Source: Squalus acanthias
Taxonomy: Eukaryota
Direction of reading: 5' to 3'
Length of the DNA: 64,000 nucleotides
NCBI GenBank assembly: GCA_030390025.1
Contig: CM059432.1
Coordinates: 39,558,001-39,622,000, forward strand
Below the pieces are notes generated by a model. It was not told the DNA's origin. It saw only the letters and a program-made list of their open reading frames with translations, and searched no databases. A program made the position numbers and the translations under genes. Below are positions 25,007-36,263 of the stretch, piece by piece (position 1 is the first letter of the stretch; every line of letters starts with the position of its first letter).

Positions 25007-27331
25007 ATGCGCATCAAGAACAGGAAGCTTGAGAAACTCGGCATCACCACCAGCAGCAGCCAAGCCTCCCCCGGTACTACGGCTGCAACCACAGGGAAGT
25101 CCATCGTCAATTTGTCCGACCATACCCTTCAACCAGACGAAATCGAAGTTCTCTCCCTAGGGCTCAAGTTCTGCCCAACCACCAAAATGGACCCCATCGG
25201 TCTCGCGGCAGACACGGAGGAATTCATCAGGAGAATGAGGCTCCGGGAATATTTCCACAAATCCCAAGATGTCAGCAACAAACCCAATGAGACAATCAAT
25301 GATCCAGAACAGCAGACAGAGGGACTCGCAGTGCAGCAACCGAAGAAAAAAGAGTCAAACTGGACCCCTCCGGAGGGTCACTGCCCCAAGCTTGATATGT
25401 ATGCTCAAGCTGTCAGGAGATGCATCAATGCCAGATTCATCAGCCGCACTCACAAGACAGTCCAGAATGTCACCCGAGCACAACGCAACGCCATCCACGC
25501 TCTCAAGACCAACCGCAACATCGTCATCAAACCAGCGGACAAAGAAGGAGCCATCGTCATACAGAACAGAATGGACTATTGTAAAGAAGCATACCGACAA
25601 CTGGACAACCAGGAACACTACAGACAGCTACCCGCAGATCCGACCAAAGAACACACCCGCCAACTCAATAGACTGATCAAGACCTTCGATCCAGACCTTC
25701 AAAACATCCTACGCGCTCTCATCCCACGTACTCCCCGCGTGGGAGACTTATACTGCCTCCCAAAGATACACAAAGCCAACACACCCGGACGTCCTATCGT
25801 ATCAGGCAACGGAACCCTATATGAGAACCTCTCTGGATACGTCGAGGGCATTCTGAAACCCATCGTACAGGGAACCCCCAGCTTCTGTCGCGACACTACA
25901 GACTTCTTACAGAAACTCAGCACCCACGGACCAGTTGAACCAGGAACACTCCTCGCCACGATGGACGTATCGGCACTCTACACCAGTATCCCCCACGATG
26001 ACGGCATCGCTGCGACAGCCTCAGTACTCAACACCAACAACAGCCAATCTCCAGACGCCATCCTACAACTCATCCGCTTCATCCTTGACCACAATGTCTT
26101 CACCTTCGACAACCATTTTTTTACCCAAACACACGGAACAGCCATGGGGACCAAATTCGCACCCCAATACGCCAACATCTTCATGCACAAGTTCGAGCAA
26201 GACTTCTTCACTGCACAGGACCTCCAGCCAACGCTGTACACCAGATACATCGACGACATTTTCTTCCTTTGGACCCATGGCGAAGGATCACTGAAAAGAC
26301 TACACGATAACATAAACAAGTTCCATCCCACCATCAAACTCACCATGGACTACTCCTCAGAATCGGTTTCATTCCTGGACACACGAATCTCCATCAAAGA
26401 CGGACACCTCAGCACTTCACTCTACCGCAAGCCCACGGACAACCTCACGATGCTCCACTTCTCCAGCTTCCACCCTAACCACGTTAAAGAAGCCATCCCC
26501 TATGGACAAGCCCTGCGAATACACAGGATCTGCTCAGACGAGGAGGAACGCGATGGACACCTACGGACGCTGAAAAACGCCCTCGTAAGAACGGGATATG
26601 ATGCTCGACTCATCGATCGACAGTTCCGACGGGCCACAGCGAAAAATCGCATAGACCTCCTCAGAAGGCAAACACGGGACACAACCAACAGGGTACCCTA
26701 CGTCGTCCAGTACTTCCCCGGAGCGGAGAAACTACGCCATGTTCTTCGCAGCCTTCAACATGTCATCGATGACGACAAACACCTCGCTAAGGCCATCCCC
26801 ACGCCTCCACTACTTGCCTTCAAACAGCCGCCTAACCTCAGAAGTACCATCGTTCGCAGCAAATTACCCAGCTTTCAGGATAACAGCGACCACGACACCA
26901 TACAACCCTGCCATGGCAAACTCTGCAAGACATGCCAGATCATCAACACAGATACCATCATCACACGTGAGGACACTACCCACCAGGTACATGGTACATA
27001 CTCATGTGACTCGGCCAACGTTGTCTACCTCATACGTTGCAGGAAAGAATGCACCGCGGCATGGTACATCGGCGAGACCATGCAGACACTGAGACAACGT
27101 ATGAACGAGCACCGCGCAACAATCGCCAGGCAGGATTGTTACCTCCCAGTCGGGGAACACTTCAGCAGTCAAGGACATTCAGCCTCGGATCTGCGGGTAA
27201 GCGTTCTCCAAGGCGACCTTAGGAAAACACGACAACGCAAAATCATCGAGCAGAAACTGATAACCAAGTTCCGCACTCATGAAGACGGTCTCAATCGGGA
27301 TCTTGGGTTTATGTCACGATACATGACGTGA
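25007..27331 (+). CDS. Penelope-like reverse transcriptase / GIY-YIG endonuclease, 774 aa, uninterrupted (frame also open upstream to the junction)
   Basis: IKPADK, YCLPKIHK, GRPIVS, DVSALYTSIP, GTAMG and RYIDDIF motifs. Cys-rich linker PCHGKLCKTC. GIY-YIG motif NVVYLIRC...WYIGET...R..EH...E...GLN. Confidence 0.95.
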   Translation: MRIKNRKLEKLGITTSSSQASPGTTAATTGKSIVNLSDHTLQPDEIEVLSLGLKFCPTTKMDPIGLAADTEEFIRRMRLREYFHKSQDVSNKPNETINDPEQQTEGLAVQQPKKKESNWTPPEGHCPKLDMYAQAVRRCINARFISRTHKTVQNVTRAQRNAIHALKTNRNIVIKPADKEGAIVIQNRMDYCKEAYRQLDNQEHYRQLPADPTKEHTRQLNRLIKTFDPDLQNILRALIPRTPRVGDLYCLPKIHKANTPGRPIVSGNGTLYENLSGYVEGILKPIVQGTPSFCRDTTDFLQKLSTHGPVEPGTLLATMDVSALYTSIPHDDGIAATASVLNTNNSQSPDAILQLIRFILDHNVFTFDNHFFTQTHGTAMGTKFAPQYANIFMHKFEQDFFTAQDLQPTLYTRYIDDIFFLWTHGEGSLKRLHDNINKFHPTIKLTMDYSSESVSFLDTRISIKDGHLSTSLYRKPTDNLTMLHFSSFHPNHVKEAIPYGQALRIHRICSDEEERDGHLRTLKNALVRTGYDARLIDRQFRRATAKNRIDLLRRQTRDTTNRVPYVVQYFPGAEKLRHVLRSLQHVIDDDKHLAKAIPTPPLLAFKQPPNLRSTIVRSKLPSFQDNSDHDTIQPCHGKLCKTCQIINTDTIITREDTTHQVHGTYSCDSANVVYLIRCRKECTAAWYIGETMQTLRQRMNEHRATIARQDCYLPVGEHFSSQGHSASDLRVSVLQGDLRKTRQRKIIEQKLITKFRTHEDGLNRDLGFMSRYMT

Positions 27332-27641
27332 TCCGGACTCGAGTCGTCGTTAGCTTGTTCACAGATGTGATTCCCAGTAAAAAAGTAAAAATTTTAAAGT
27401 TAATCGTTTTACATACAGACGGCAGCTTTTGACACGTTCGACCCCATGCGATTCCACCTCATTGTCTCAGTTGTATCTTGCTATGTCTTTGATGTGGTAC
27501 CTTCCTGGCTGACCTGATTAACTTTATCACACCTCGGCAGATAAACAGTCAGGATGATTGAATTCAGTTGTCTGCAATTGTAAGTTACACATGCTTTGTT
27601 CTCTATCTATATATGCTTTGACGATTCTGTATCTCCTCACT

Positions 27642-27679
27642 TCACCCGACGAAGGAGTTTTAACTCCGAAAGCTTGTGA
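27642..27679 (+). ncRNA. Minimal hammerhead ribozyme motif (core variant CCGACGA)
   Basis: UCAC-CCGACGA-A-GGAGUU-UU-AACUCC-GAAA-GCUU-GUGA; one core deviation (U4 to C). Confidence 0.7.
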
Positions 27680-29038
27680 TTTAAAATAAAACTGTTGGAC
27701 TATAACCTGGTGTTGTGCGACCTCTCAATTTTGTCCACCCCAGTCCAACACCGGCATCTCCGCTACAGGAGTAGTGCCAGAGGACTGGAGGGTTGCTAAT
27801 GTTATACCACTATTCAAGAAAGGGGAGAGGGATAAACCAGGAAGCTACAGACTAGTCAGCCTAGCATTGATGGTGGGGAAGTTATTGGAAACCATTATCA
27901 AGGACAAAATAAACTTCATTTAGAAAGGCATGGGTTAATCAAGGAGAGCCAGCATGGATTTGTTAAAGGTAAATCCTGTCTGACTAAATTGATTGAATTG
28001 TTTGATGAGGTAACAGAGAAGCTTGATCAAGGTAGTGCAGTAGATGTATATATGGACTTTCGGAAGGCATTCGACAAAGTGCCTTACAGGAGTCTTAAGA
28101 AGATGGAAGTCCATGGAATTAAGGGGAAAGTGGTGGTATGGATACAAAATTGGCTCTGTGACGGGAAGCAAAGTGTGATGGCTGGATGGATGTTTTCAGA
28201 CTGGGAGGTGGTTTGCAGTGGTTATTGCCCAAGGCTCAGTTTTGGGTCCATTACTCATTGCAATTTTTATAAACGACCTAGACTCGGGTGCAGGGAGCAG
28301 CATTATAAAATATGCAGATGATACAAAACTCGGCAAAGTAGTAGATGATGATGAGGATAGTTATAGGCTTCAGGATGACATAGGATGGTGAAATGGGCAG
28401 AAGCATGGCAGATGGAGTTCAATGCGGAGAAGTGTAAAGTGATGTACGTTGGGAGGACTAATATGGAAAGACAGTATACTATATTTTGATTTTGAAAAGT
28501 GTAGATGAGTAAGAGAGACCTTGGTATCGATATACACAAATCCTTAAAGGTGGCACGGCAAGTTTCTAAGGTGTTTAAAAAAGCCTATGTGTTACTTGGG
28601 TTTATAAATAGAGGAATAAAATATAAAAGCAAAGAGATCATGCGGGAACTTTATAAATCACTGGTTAGGCCTCAGCTGGAGTATTGTGGGCAATTCTGGG
28701 CACCACACTTCAGCAAAGATGGAAAGACATTAAAAAAGGGTACAGAGGAGGTTTACCAGGATGTTACCAGGGTTGAGGGACTTCAGTTATGAGGAGAGGT
28801 TAGAAAAATTAGGACTCCTTGGAAAAAAGAAGGTTAAGAGGAGACCTAATAGAGGTTTTCAAGATGATGAGGGGTTTTGAAAGAATAGATAGAGAAGGGC
28901 TGCTCCTTCTGGTGAGTGGGTCAATAACCAGAGGTCATAGATTTAAAATCATTGGCAAAAGATCTAGAGGGGAGATGAGGAGAATTTGTTCACTCAGAGA
29001 GTTGTCGGGATCTGGAACGCTCTGCCTGAAAAGGTGGT

Positions 29039-29588
29039 CATGATGTGGAGATGCCGGCGTTGGACTGGGGTGGACAAAAATGAGAAGTCGCACAACACCA
29101 GGTTATAGTCCAACAGATTTATTTAATTTTACAAGCTTTCGGAGCTGTCGCTCCTTCTTCAGGTAGGGTAGCTGTGAGAGAATCTCCCAGAATTCACAAT
29201 ATAAACACAGAAAAAATGTATTCAAATCTTTCCCTACATCAAAGACACACTAAGAGCACAGCCAAGACAATGAGATGTGTCCCAGGGGGTCCAACGTGTC
29301 AAAACACCTGCTGGCTGCATATCCTCTCCATTTGTGTTGGATATGCAGCCAGCAGGTGTTTTGACACGTTGGACCCCCTGGGACACATCTCATTGTCTTG
29401 GCTGTGCTCTTAGTGTGTCTTTGATGTAGGGAAAGATTTGAATACATTTTTTCTGTGTTTATATTGTGAATTCTGGGAGATTCTCTCACAGCTACCCTAC
29501 CTGAAGAAGGAGCGACAGCTCCGAAAGCTTGTAAAATTAAATAAATCTGTTGGACTATAACCTGGTGTTGTGCGACTTCTCATTTTTG
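29039..29588 (-). mobile_element. Fold-back Penelope-like insertion with perfect 250-bp inverted arms
   Basis: Arms 29075-29324 / 29339-29588, 14-nt spacer, one-sided 36-nt tail 29039-29074. 12-bp TSD TGAAAAGGTGGT (29027-29038 / 29587-29598). Confidence 0.93.
29498..29533 (+). ncRNA. Minimal hammerhead ribozyme motif (mirror copy at 29130-29165 on minus)
   Basis: UAC-CUGAAGA-A-GGAGC-GACA-GCUCC-GAAA-GCUU-GUA. Confidence 0.8.
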
Positions 29589-30247
29589 AAAAGGTGGTGG
29601 AAGCGGATTCCATAAATAATTTAAAAAGGGAGTTGGACAGGTGCTTGAGGAGGAAGAACTTACAGGGTTAGAAACAAAAAGTGTGAGTGTGGGACTAAGT
29701 ACAACTGCTCTTTCAAAAAGCCAGCATAGACACTGAATGGCCTCCTTCTGTGCTGTGTTTCTATGATTCTATAATTCTATGGGCAAATATGCCACTAAGC
29801 CAAGCTTTAAAGAAGAGAATTGGCAGAGACATTAAACAAAAACTTTGTATCTGTCTTCACAGTAGAAGACAAAAAAACATTCTGGAAATAGTCTAGGGAA
29901 ATAGACCAAGGGTCTAGTGAGAATGAGGAACTTAAAGAAATTAGTATTAGTAAAGAAATAGTACTGGAGAAATTAATGGGACTAAAAGACGACAAATCCC
30001 CTGGACCTGATGGCCTACATCCTAGGGTTTTAAAAGAGGTGGCTACATTGGTTTTGATCTTCCAAAATTCCCTAGATTTTAGAACGACCCCATGGATTGG
30101 AAGATAGCAAATGTAACTCTACTATTCAAGAAAGGAGGGAGAGAGAAATCAGTGAACTATAGACGAGTTAGCCTGACATCAGTAGTAGGGAAAATGCTGG
30201 AATCTACTATTAGGGACGTGGTAACAGAGCATTTAGCAAATCATAAT

Positions 30248-31011
30248 GGGCCAAAAATTCGGCGCTTGCCGGGTGAGTACGCGCTGTGTACTCACCCGTA
30301 AGGCCTCCTGAAGTGCCGGTTTCCTGCATGCACTGCGCATGCGTGGGAAACCTGAACTTCCGGTCTCGTGAAGGGAGCGGTTCAGAGGTGAACCACGTGC
30401 GCGGTAGAGGCTGCACGCACGCAGCAAACTTAGGTTTTTTTTCAGGTTTCTCCGGGACGGTAAGTATTGAAGAAACTGCGCTTTTAAAAAGGAGGCGCAA
30501 GACCCATTTTCAACAAGGTAAGTGGTTAATTAATTACAATTTAAAAAAAATTTCAACAGGTTTATCTTTTTTAGATACTTTAAAGAAAGGTAAGTTTATT
30601 TTTAGCACTGTTAAAAAGTATTTTAATTTTTTCAAAAATTAAAATTTTTGTTTAATGCAGTTATTTTATTTAACTTAGTTATTTTAAAAATGAGATGGTT
30701 TTTTAAAACATTTATTTGAAGTTTAGGTGTTGTTTTGGGGCCGATTTCAATTCATAGATTTGACAGGTCTTCCTGTCAAATCTATGAATGAAAGATGGTC
30801 TGCTGCCATTGGCTCTCCATGGCCCACGTGATCCCAGGGGACGCATCGCACTAACTACACCCCTGGGACATGCAAGCACTGTGCGCCGGCAGCTGCAGGA
30901 GGCCCAGGAGCTGAAGTCCCCGTGGGCCCAGAGGTCAACGGCAGGCGCGGTAGGTAGGTGCGCGCGCGATCATTGCACCCGCGGGAAGCCAGGGAGCCTA
31001 ATTTCTGGGCC
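30248..31011 (+). mobile_element. PIF/Harbinger-type MITE (family C)
   Basis: TIR GGGCCAAAAATT / AATTTCTGGGCC; AAT TSD (30245-30247 / 31012-31014). CR1 is contiguous across it. Confidence 0.9.
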
Positions 31012-31970
31012 AATATGATTGGGCAGATTCAGCACGGATTTATGAAATCATGTTTGACAAATCTGTTAGTTTTTTTTAGGTTGTAACTAGTCGGGTAGAT
31101 ATGGAGGAAATCAGTGGATGTAGTGTATTTGGATTTTCAAAAAGTATTCAATAAGGTGCCACACAAGAGGTTATTACACATAATCAGGGCTCATGGGACT
31201 GGGGTAATATGGACTGAGGATTGGTTAATGGACAGAAAACAGAGAGTAGGAATAAACGGGTCACTTTTAGGTTGGCAGGCTGTAACTAGTGGGGTACCGC
31301 AAGGATCAGTGCTTGGACCTCAGCTATTTACAATCTAACTCAATGACTTAGATGAGGGGTCTGAATGTAATGTATCCAAGTTTGCTGATGATACAAAACT
31401 AGGTGGGAAAGTAAGCTGTGAGGAGGATGCAAAGAGTCTGCAAAGGGATACAGACGGATTAAGTGAATGAGCAAGTACATGGCAGATGGAATATAATGTG
31501 GAGAAATGTGAAGTTATCCACTTTGGTAGGAAAACTAGAAAAGTAGAATATTTTTTAAATGGTGAGAGACTGGAAAATGTTGGTATTCAGTGCGATTTGG
31601 GTGTCCTTGTATATGAATCACAGAACGTTAACATGCAGGTACAGCAAGCAATTAGGAAAGCAAATGGCATATTAGCCTTTATTACAAGAGGATTTGAGTA
31701 CAAGAGTAAAGAAGTATTACTGCAATTATAGGGCCTTGGTAAGACTACACCTGGAGTACTGTATACAGTTTTGGTCTCCTTACCTAAGGAAGGATATACT
31801 TGGATGGGGGGATTGTCCTATGAGGTTGGATTGAGCAGACTAGGCCTATATTCCCTAGAATTTAGAAGAATGAGAGGTGATCTAATTGAAACATATAAAA
31901 TTCTTAAGGGGCTTGACAGGGCTAATGCTGAGAAAATGTTTCCCCTGGCTGGGGAATCTAGAACACAGGG

Positions 31971-33059
31971 TGTAAGCATCAGCGCAGGCCCCAAGGATTT
32001 TTGTATCAGACATTTTGTCTGATTGTTACTGCTGATTGACCAGCAGCCTGTTTGGAGAAGATGGGAGGGGCCCAGGTGTTCGTGATGGACAGGAGATTCC
32101 AGCCAGGCCTACAAACTGATTACGGGAGAATGTCTGAGCAGACAGAGTTCTCTGGGAAACAATGGGCCCGAGTAGGTGGCTCATACAGTAACGGGCAGAA
32201 GATGGAGGGCCATTGTAAATTAATGGGAAACCACTTAACCCAGGATCGGGTGAGAAGTGCGGCCCATCATCTGCCATTAACACTAGCACCTAGATGGGAT
32301 AGCCCTGAAAGGCGGGAAGCCAGACAAAGAAGGGTGATTAAAAAGACATCACTGCACTACACAGACCTTAATGAACTTTTAGGGTATAAGAGAAGGCAGC
32401 TTTGGCCATTCTCGCTCTCTCTCGCTTGCTCTCGCCTTCGCGTGCCCTCATCTCTGAACCAAGAACCGAGCACTCCGTCCGAGACGGAGAAAAGAAACCA
32501 CCACGAGCGACAAGAGCCTCGCTTTGCTCTTCGACTGTAGGAACGAACCTCGAAACTGGGACTTGGATACTGCATCGGCGATACGGAACCAGGAGACAGG
32601 CTTTACACAGGGAAGCAGCGAGCAAGAAAATGGACAATCGGGGTGAGCATTGTCCAAGCCCACACATCCTTAAGACCACCAGTACTGTGTGAGGGGGTGT
32701 TGTGTGTCCCAACCAATCCAGAGGGGCTTAGTGGGGAGGTTCTGTGTGTATTATATAGTGATTGTTCCGGGGTTTGTGGGACAAGTCCATGTTATACTCT
32801 GTATAGCAACACAGTGTGATTTTAGGCATCTTAACACGAGACAGGGGCCTGTTCGACGGGCCAAGTTGTATTGTTGTACTGTTTGTTTTATGCCACCAGG
32901 CATTTTACGTACTGGAGGCGGATGTGTGTGTTAACCTTATTAAACACCGTACAGTTGCGCTGTAAAGCTTGTCTGTGCTCCCATTCTGTTCACCGTAATT
33001 CCTGTCGTCTAGAACTAAGTAGGAGAGGTGATTCGAACCACCAAGGCAAACCACCTACA
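31971..33059 (+). mobile_element. Solo LTR, 1089 bp
   Basis: TGTAAG...CCTACA termini; 4-bp TSD AGGG/GGGG (one mismatch). TATAA ~32385, ATTAAA ~32939. Splits CR1 gaacac.ggg|tcacagtctcag. Confidence 0.85.
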
Positions 33060-34347
33060 GGGGTCACAGTCTCAGAATAAGGTCGGCCATTTAGGACTGA
33101 GATGAGGAGAAATGTCTTCACTCAAAGGGTTATGAATCTTTAGAATTCTCTACTCCAGAGGGCTGTGGCTGCTCAGTCGTTGAGTATATTCAAGACATAG
33201 ATCGATAGATTTTTGGATATAAGGGAATCAAGGGAAAAATAGATAGTACGGGAAGGTGGAGTGGATGTAGAAGATCAGCCATGATCTCATTGAATGGCGG
33301 TGCAGGCTCAAAGAGCCGAATGTCCTACTCCAGCTCTTATGTCTTATGTTCTTAAACTGTACTATGATTTTAAAAGAATTCTTTGAAAAATACTTGTCAT
33401 TGGCTCAGATATGTCAGACAGAAAGGGGATAATAATCAGTTTGTCTTAATCATAGTCTAGTTTCTCCACATTGCAGCATGGCCATAGACAAGCTTGATCA
33501 AGGATTTATAACCATCTACTACAAATCCATGAAGGGCTTTTGATATGGGCTCCTTAATGATTATACATTATCAGAAACAAACTAAACATAAAGACCTAGA
33601 AATTTGATGGTGCTGCACCTATTTTACAGGACTAAAACAGGTGACTATGGGGCCAATATGGCGGGTGATATGCACGCGCTCATTCCACATTGGAAATGTG
33701 CTGCCCAACATATTGGTAGGCCCTATGCATATGCTTGTTTGAGGCTCCCTTTGCAAATTGGTTTGTGACTGAGCACAGTATGCGTGTGCATGATATATTC
33801 AGCATCTTCAGGCACTTGGCAGCCAAACCAGTGGTCCTCAAAGGCGAGGAGATGGCTGCTGAGGGGACAGCTCTTGTGTTTCCATGGGATGCACATAAGT
33901 GAGCATGCTTTCAAAAAGAGGATATTTTAGCTGAACCATGCGGAGGAGGCATGAGACACCAAATCTGTAACAATGCAAGGCATGAGTGATTGGGCCAGAA
34001 TTTACTGTAGCTGGTGAACAAACAACACCCGCCGTTCGTGAGACTTGCCCTTACCCGTTTAATTTCTATGACCTTTTGCACGGCAAATTGCTAGAGATCC
34101 AAATGCCGCGACACCCTCTATAGAGCATCTGGGACCTGTGAACAGGACAACCAACTGTGTGTTTCCTTAACCAATCAGATTGAAGGATTGAGGATTGACC
34201 AGCGCAGAGTCTGAATCAGGAAGAGTAAATTAGAATAACGAATTCAATGTAAAATCAGGTACAGAAAGCAAAATAAAGAGAAGGAAAGAAAGGTTGGATT
34301 AATCAACAATAATTAATATCTGAAGGAATGAGATTCCACACTTGTAA

Positions 34348-34797
34348 AGAAAGAAAGACTTGCATTTATGTAGCGTCTTTCACGACCTCAGGACGTCCAA
34401 TCGCTTTACAGCCAATGATGTACTTTTGAAGTGTAGTCACTGTAGTAATGTAGGAAACACGGCAGCCAATTTGCACACAGCAAGCTCCCACAAACAGTAA
34501 TGTGATAATGACCAGATCATCTGTTTTTAGTGATGTTGATTAAAGGATAAATATTGGCCAGGACACCAGGGATAACTCCCCTGCTCTTCTTTGAAATAAT
34601 GCCATGGGATCTCTTATGTCCAACTGAGAGAGCAGACAGGGCCTCGGAAAGATGGCACCTCCGACAGTGCAGCACTCCCTCAATACTACACCAGAAGTGT
34701 CAGCCTAGATTTTGTGCTCAAGTTTCATGAAGTGGGACTTGAACTCACAACCTTCTGACTCGGAGGCAAGAATGCTACCAACTGAGCCACAGTTGAC
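34348..34797 (-). mobile_element. tRNA-derived Deu-domain SINE (SacSINE1-like)
   Basis: Colinear with 24455-24929; A box TGGCTCAGTTGG and B-box-like AGTTCAAGTCC. Confidence 0.85.
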
Positions 34798-35032
34798 AAT
34801 TTTTAGTGCCAGAGAGGTTGTTTGGCAGTAATTAAAACTTAACACACTGTAAAAAAGGGTACTTAGACTGAAATGGACAAGCCCTAACTTTCTGTGGCAA
34901 GTTTAGTCCAAATCTATGACATCACACCGTTGAATACATTTGAATGGGGAGCCAGACAGCGAAATGACAATTTTTGCGCAGCTTACGGAGGGGCAGCACA
35001 TCTCAGACAGCAACTTCCGGATTTACGCGTTT

Positions 35033-36263
35033 AAGAACATAAGAAATAAGAGCAGAGTAGGCCATACGGCCCCTCGAGCCTGCTCTGCCATTCAATAAGA
35101 TCATGGCTGATCATCGACCTCAACTCCACGTTCCCGCCCGATCTCCATATTCCTTGATTCCCCTAGAGTCCAAAAATCAATCTATCTCACCCTTGAATAT
35201 ACTCAAAGCCTCAGCATTCACAGCCCTCTGGGGCAGAGAATTCCAATGATTCACAACCCTCTGAGTAAAGAAATTCCTCCTCATCTCAGTCTTAAATGGC
35301 CGACCCCTTATCCTGAGACTATGCCCCCTAGTTCTAGACACCCCAACCAGGGGAAACAACCTCTCAGCATCTACCCTGTCAATCCCCTTCAGAATCTTGT
35401 ATGTTTCAATGAGATCACCACTCATTCTTCTAAACTCCAGAGAGTATAAGCCCATTCTACACAATCTCTCATCATAGGACAGCCCTCTCATACCAGGAAT
35501 CAATCTGGTGAACCTTTGTTGCACCGCCTCCAAGGCAAGTATATCCTTCCTTAGATAAGGACAACAAAACTGTACATAGTACTCCAGGTGTGGTCTCACC
35601 AAGGCCCTGTACAATTGTAGCAAGACTTCCTTACTCTTATACTCCAACCCCCTTGCAATAAAGGCCAACATGCCATTTGCCTTCCTTATTGCTTGTTGTA
35701 CCTGCATGCTAGCTTTCTGTGTTTCTTGCACGAGGACACCCAAATCTCTCTGAACACCAACATTTGAAAGTTTCTCACAATTTAATAAATATTCTGTTTT
35801 TTGTTTCTTCCTACCAAAGTGAATAACCTCACATTTCCCTACATTATACTCCATCTGCCATCGTACTGCCCACTCACTTAGTCTATCTATATCCCTTTGC
35901 AGACACGTTGTGTTCTCCTCACAGCTTACTGTTCCACCTAGCTTTGTATCATCAGCAAACTTGGATACATTACATGCGGTCCCTTCATCTAGATCATTAA
36001 TATAGATTGTAAATAGCTGAGGCCCTAACACTGATCCTTGCGGCACCCCACTAGTTACAGCCTGCCAACCTGAAAAAGATCCGTGTATCCCTACTCTCTG
36101 TTTTCTGTCCATTAACCAATCCTCTATCCATGCTACTATATTACCCCCAACCTCATGAGCCCTAATCTTGTGGCACCTTATTGAATGCCTTTTGGAAATC
36201 CAAATATACTACATCCACTGGTTCCCCTTTATCTACCCTGCTAGTTACATCTTCAAAAAACTC
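35033..36263 (-). mobile_element. CR1 LINE 3' portion with a 311-aa open RT frame
   Basis: ORF 35177..36112 with GVPQGSVLGP, FADDTK and LVRPHLEY; TTATGTTC tail at 35033-35042. Confidence 0.95.

Larger units (their letters stand above)
24986..27763 (+). mobile_element. Penelope-like retroelement (Neptune-type architecture), 5'-truncated, with 3' pLTR and tail
   Basis: RT + GIY-YIG ORF followed by a ~430-bp 3' region with a hammerhead motif. Flanking TACAGG duplication (24980-24985 / 27764-27769) within a CR1. Confidence 0.93.
27764..29775 (+). mobile_element. Decayed CR1 LINE ORF2 and 3' UTR hosting two Penelope insertions
   Basis: Frameshifted RT remnants (YMDFRKAFDKVP, LVRPQLEYC, LRGDLIEVFK) and TTCTATG-type tail at ~29760-29780. 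Confidence 0.9.
29805..33355 (+). mobile_element. CR1 LINE, 5'-truncated, with nested MITE and solo LTR
   Basis: ORF2 remnants 30092..., 31114..31338, 31486..31731 and 31771...; 3' UTR 33230-33355. Closely related to 3075-5208. Confidence 0.93.

Noticed and set aside
25007..27331. Telomerase or retroviral RT
   Set aside because: The C-terminal GIY-YIG domain and pLTR identify a Penelope-like element.
29174..29489. Two near-identical 79-aa ORFs on opposite strands
   Set aside because: A by-product of the perfect palindrome; non-ATG starts and no protein motif.
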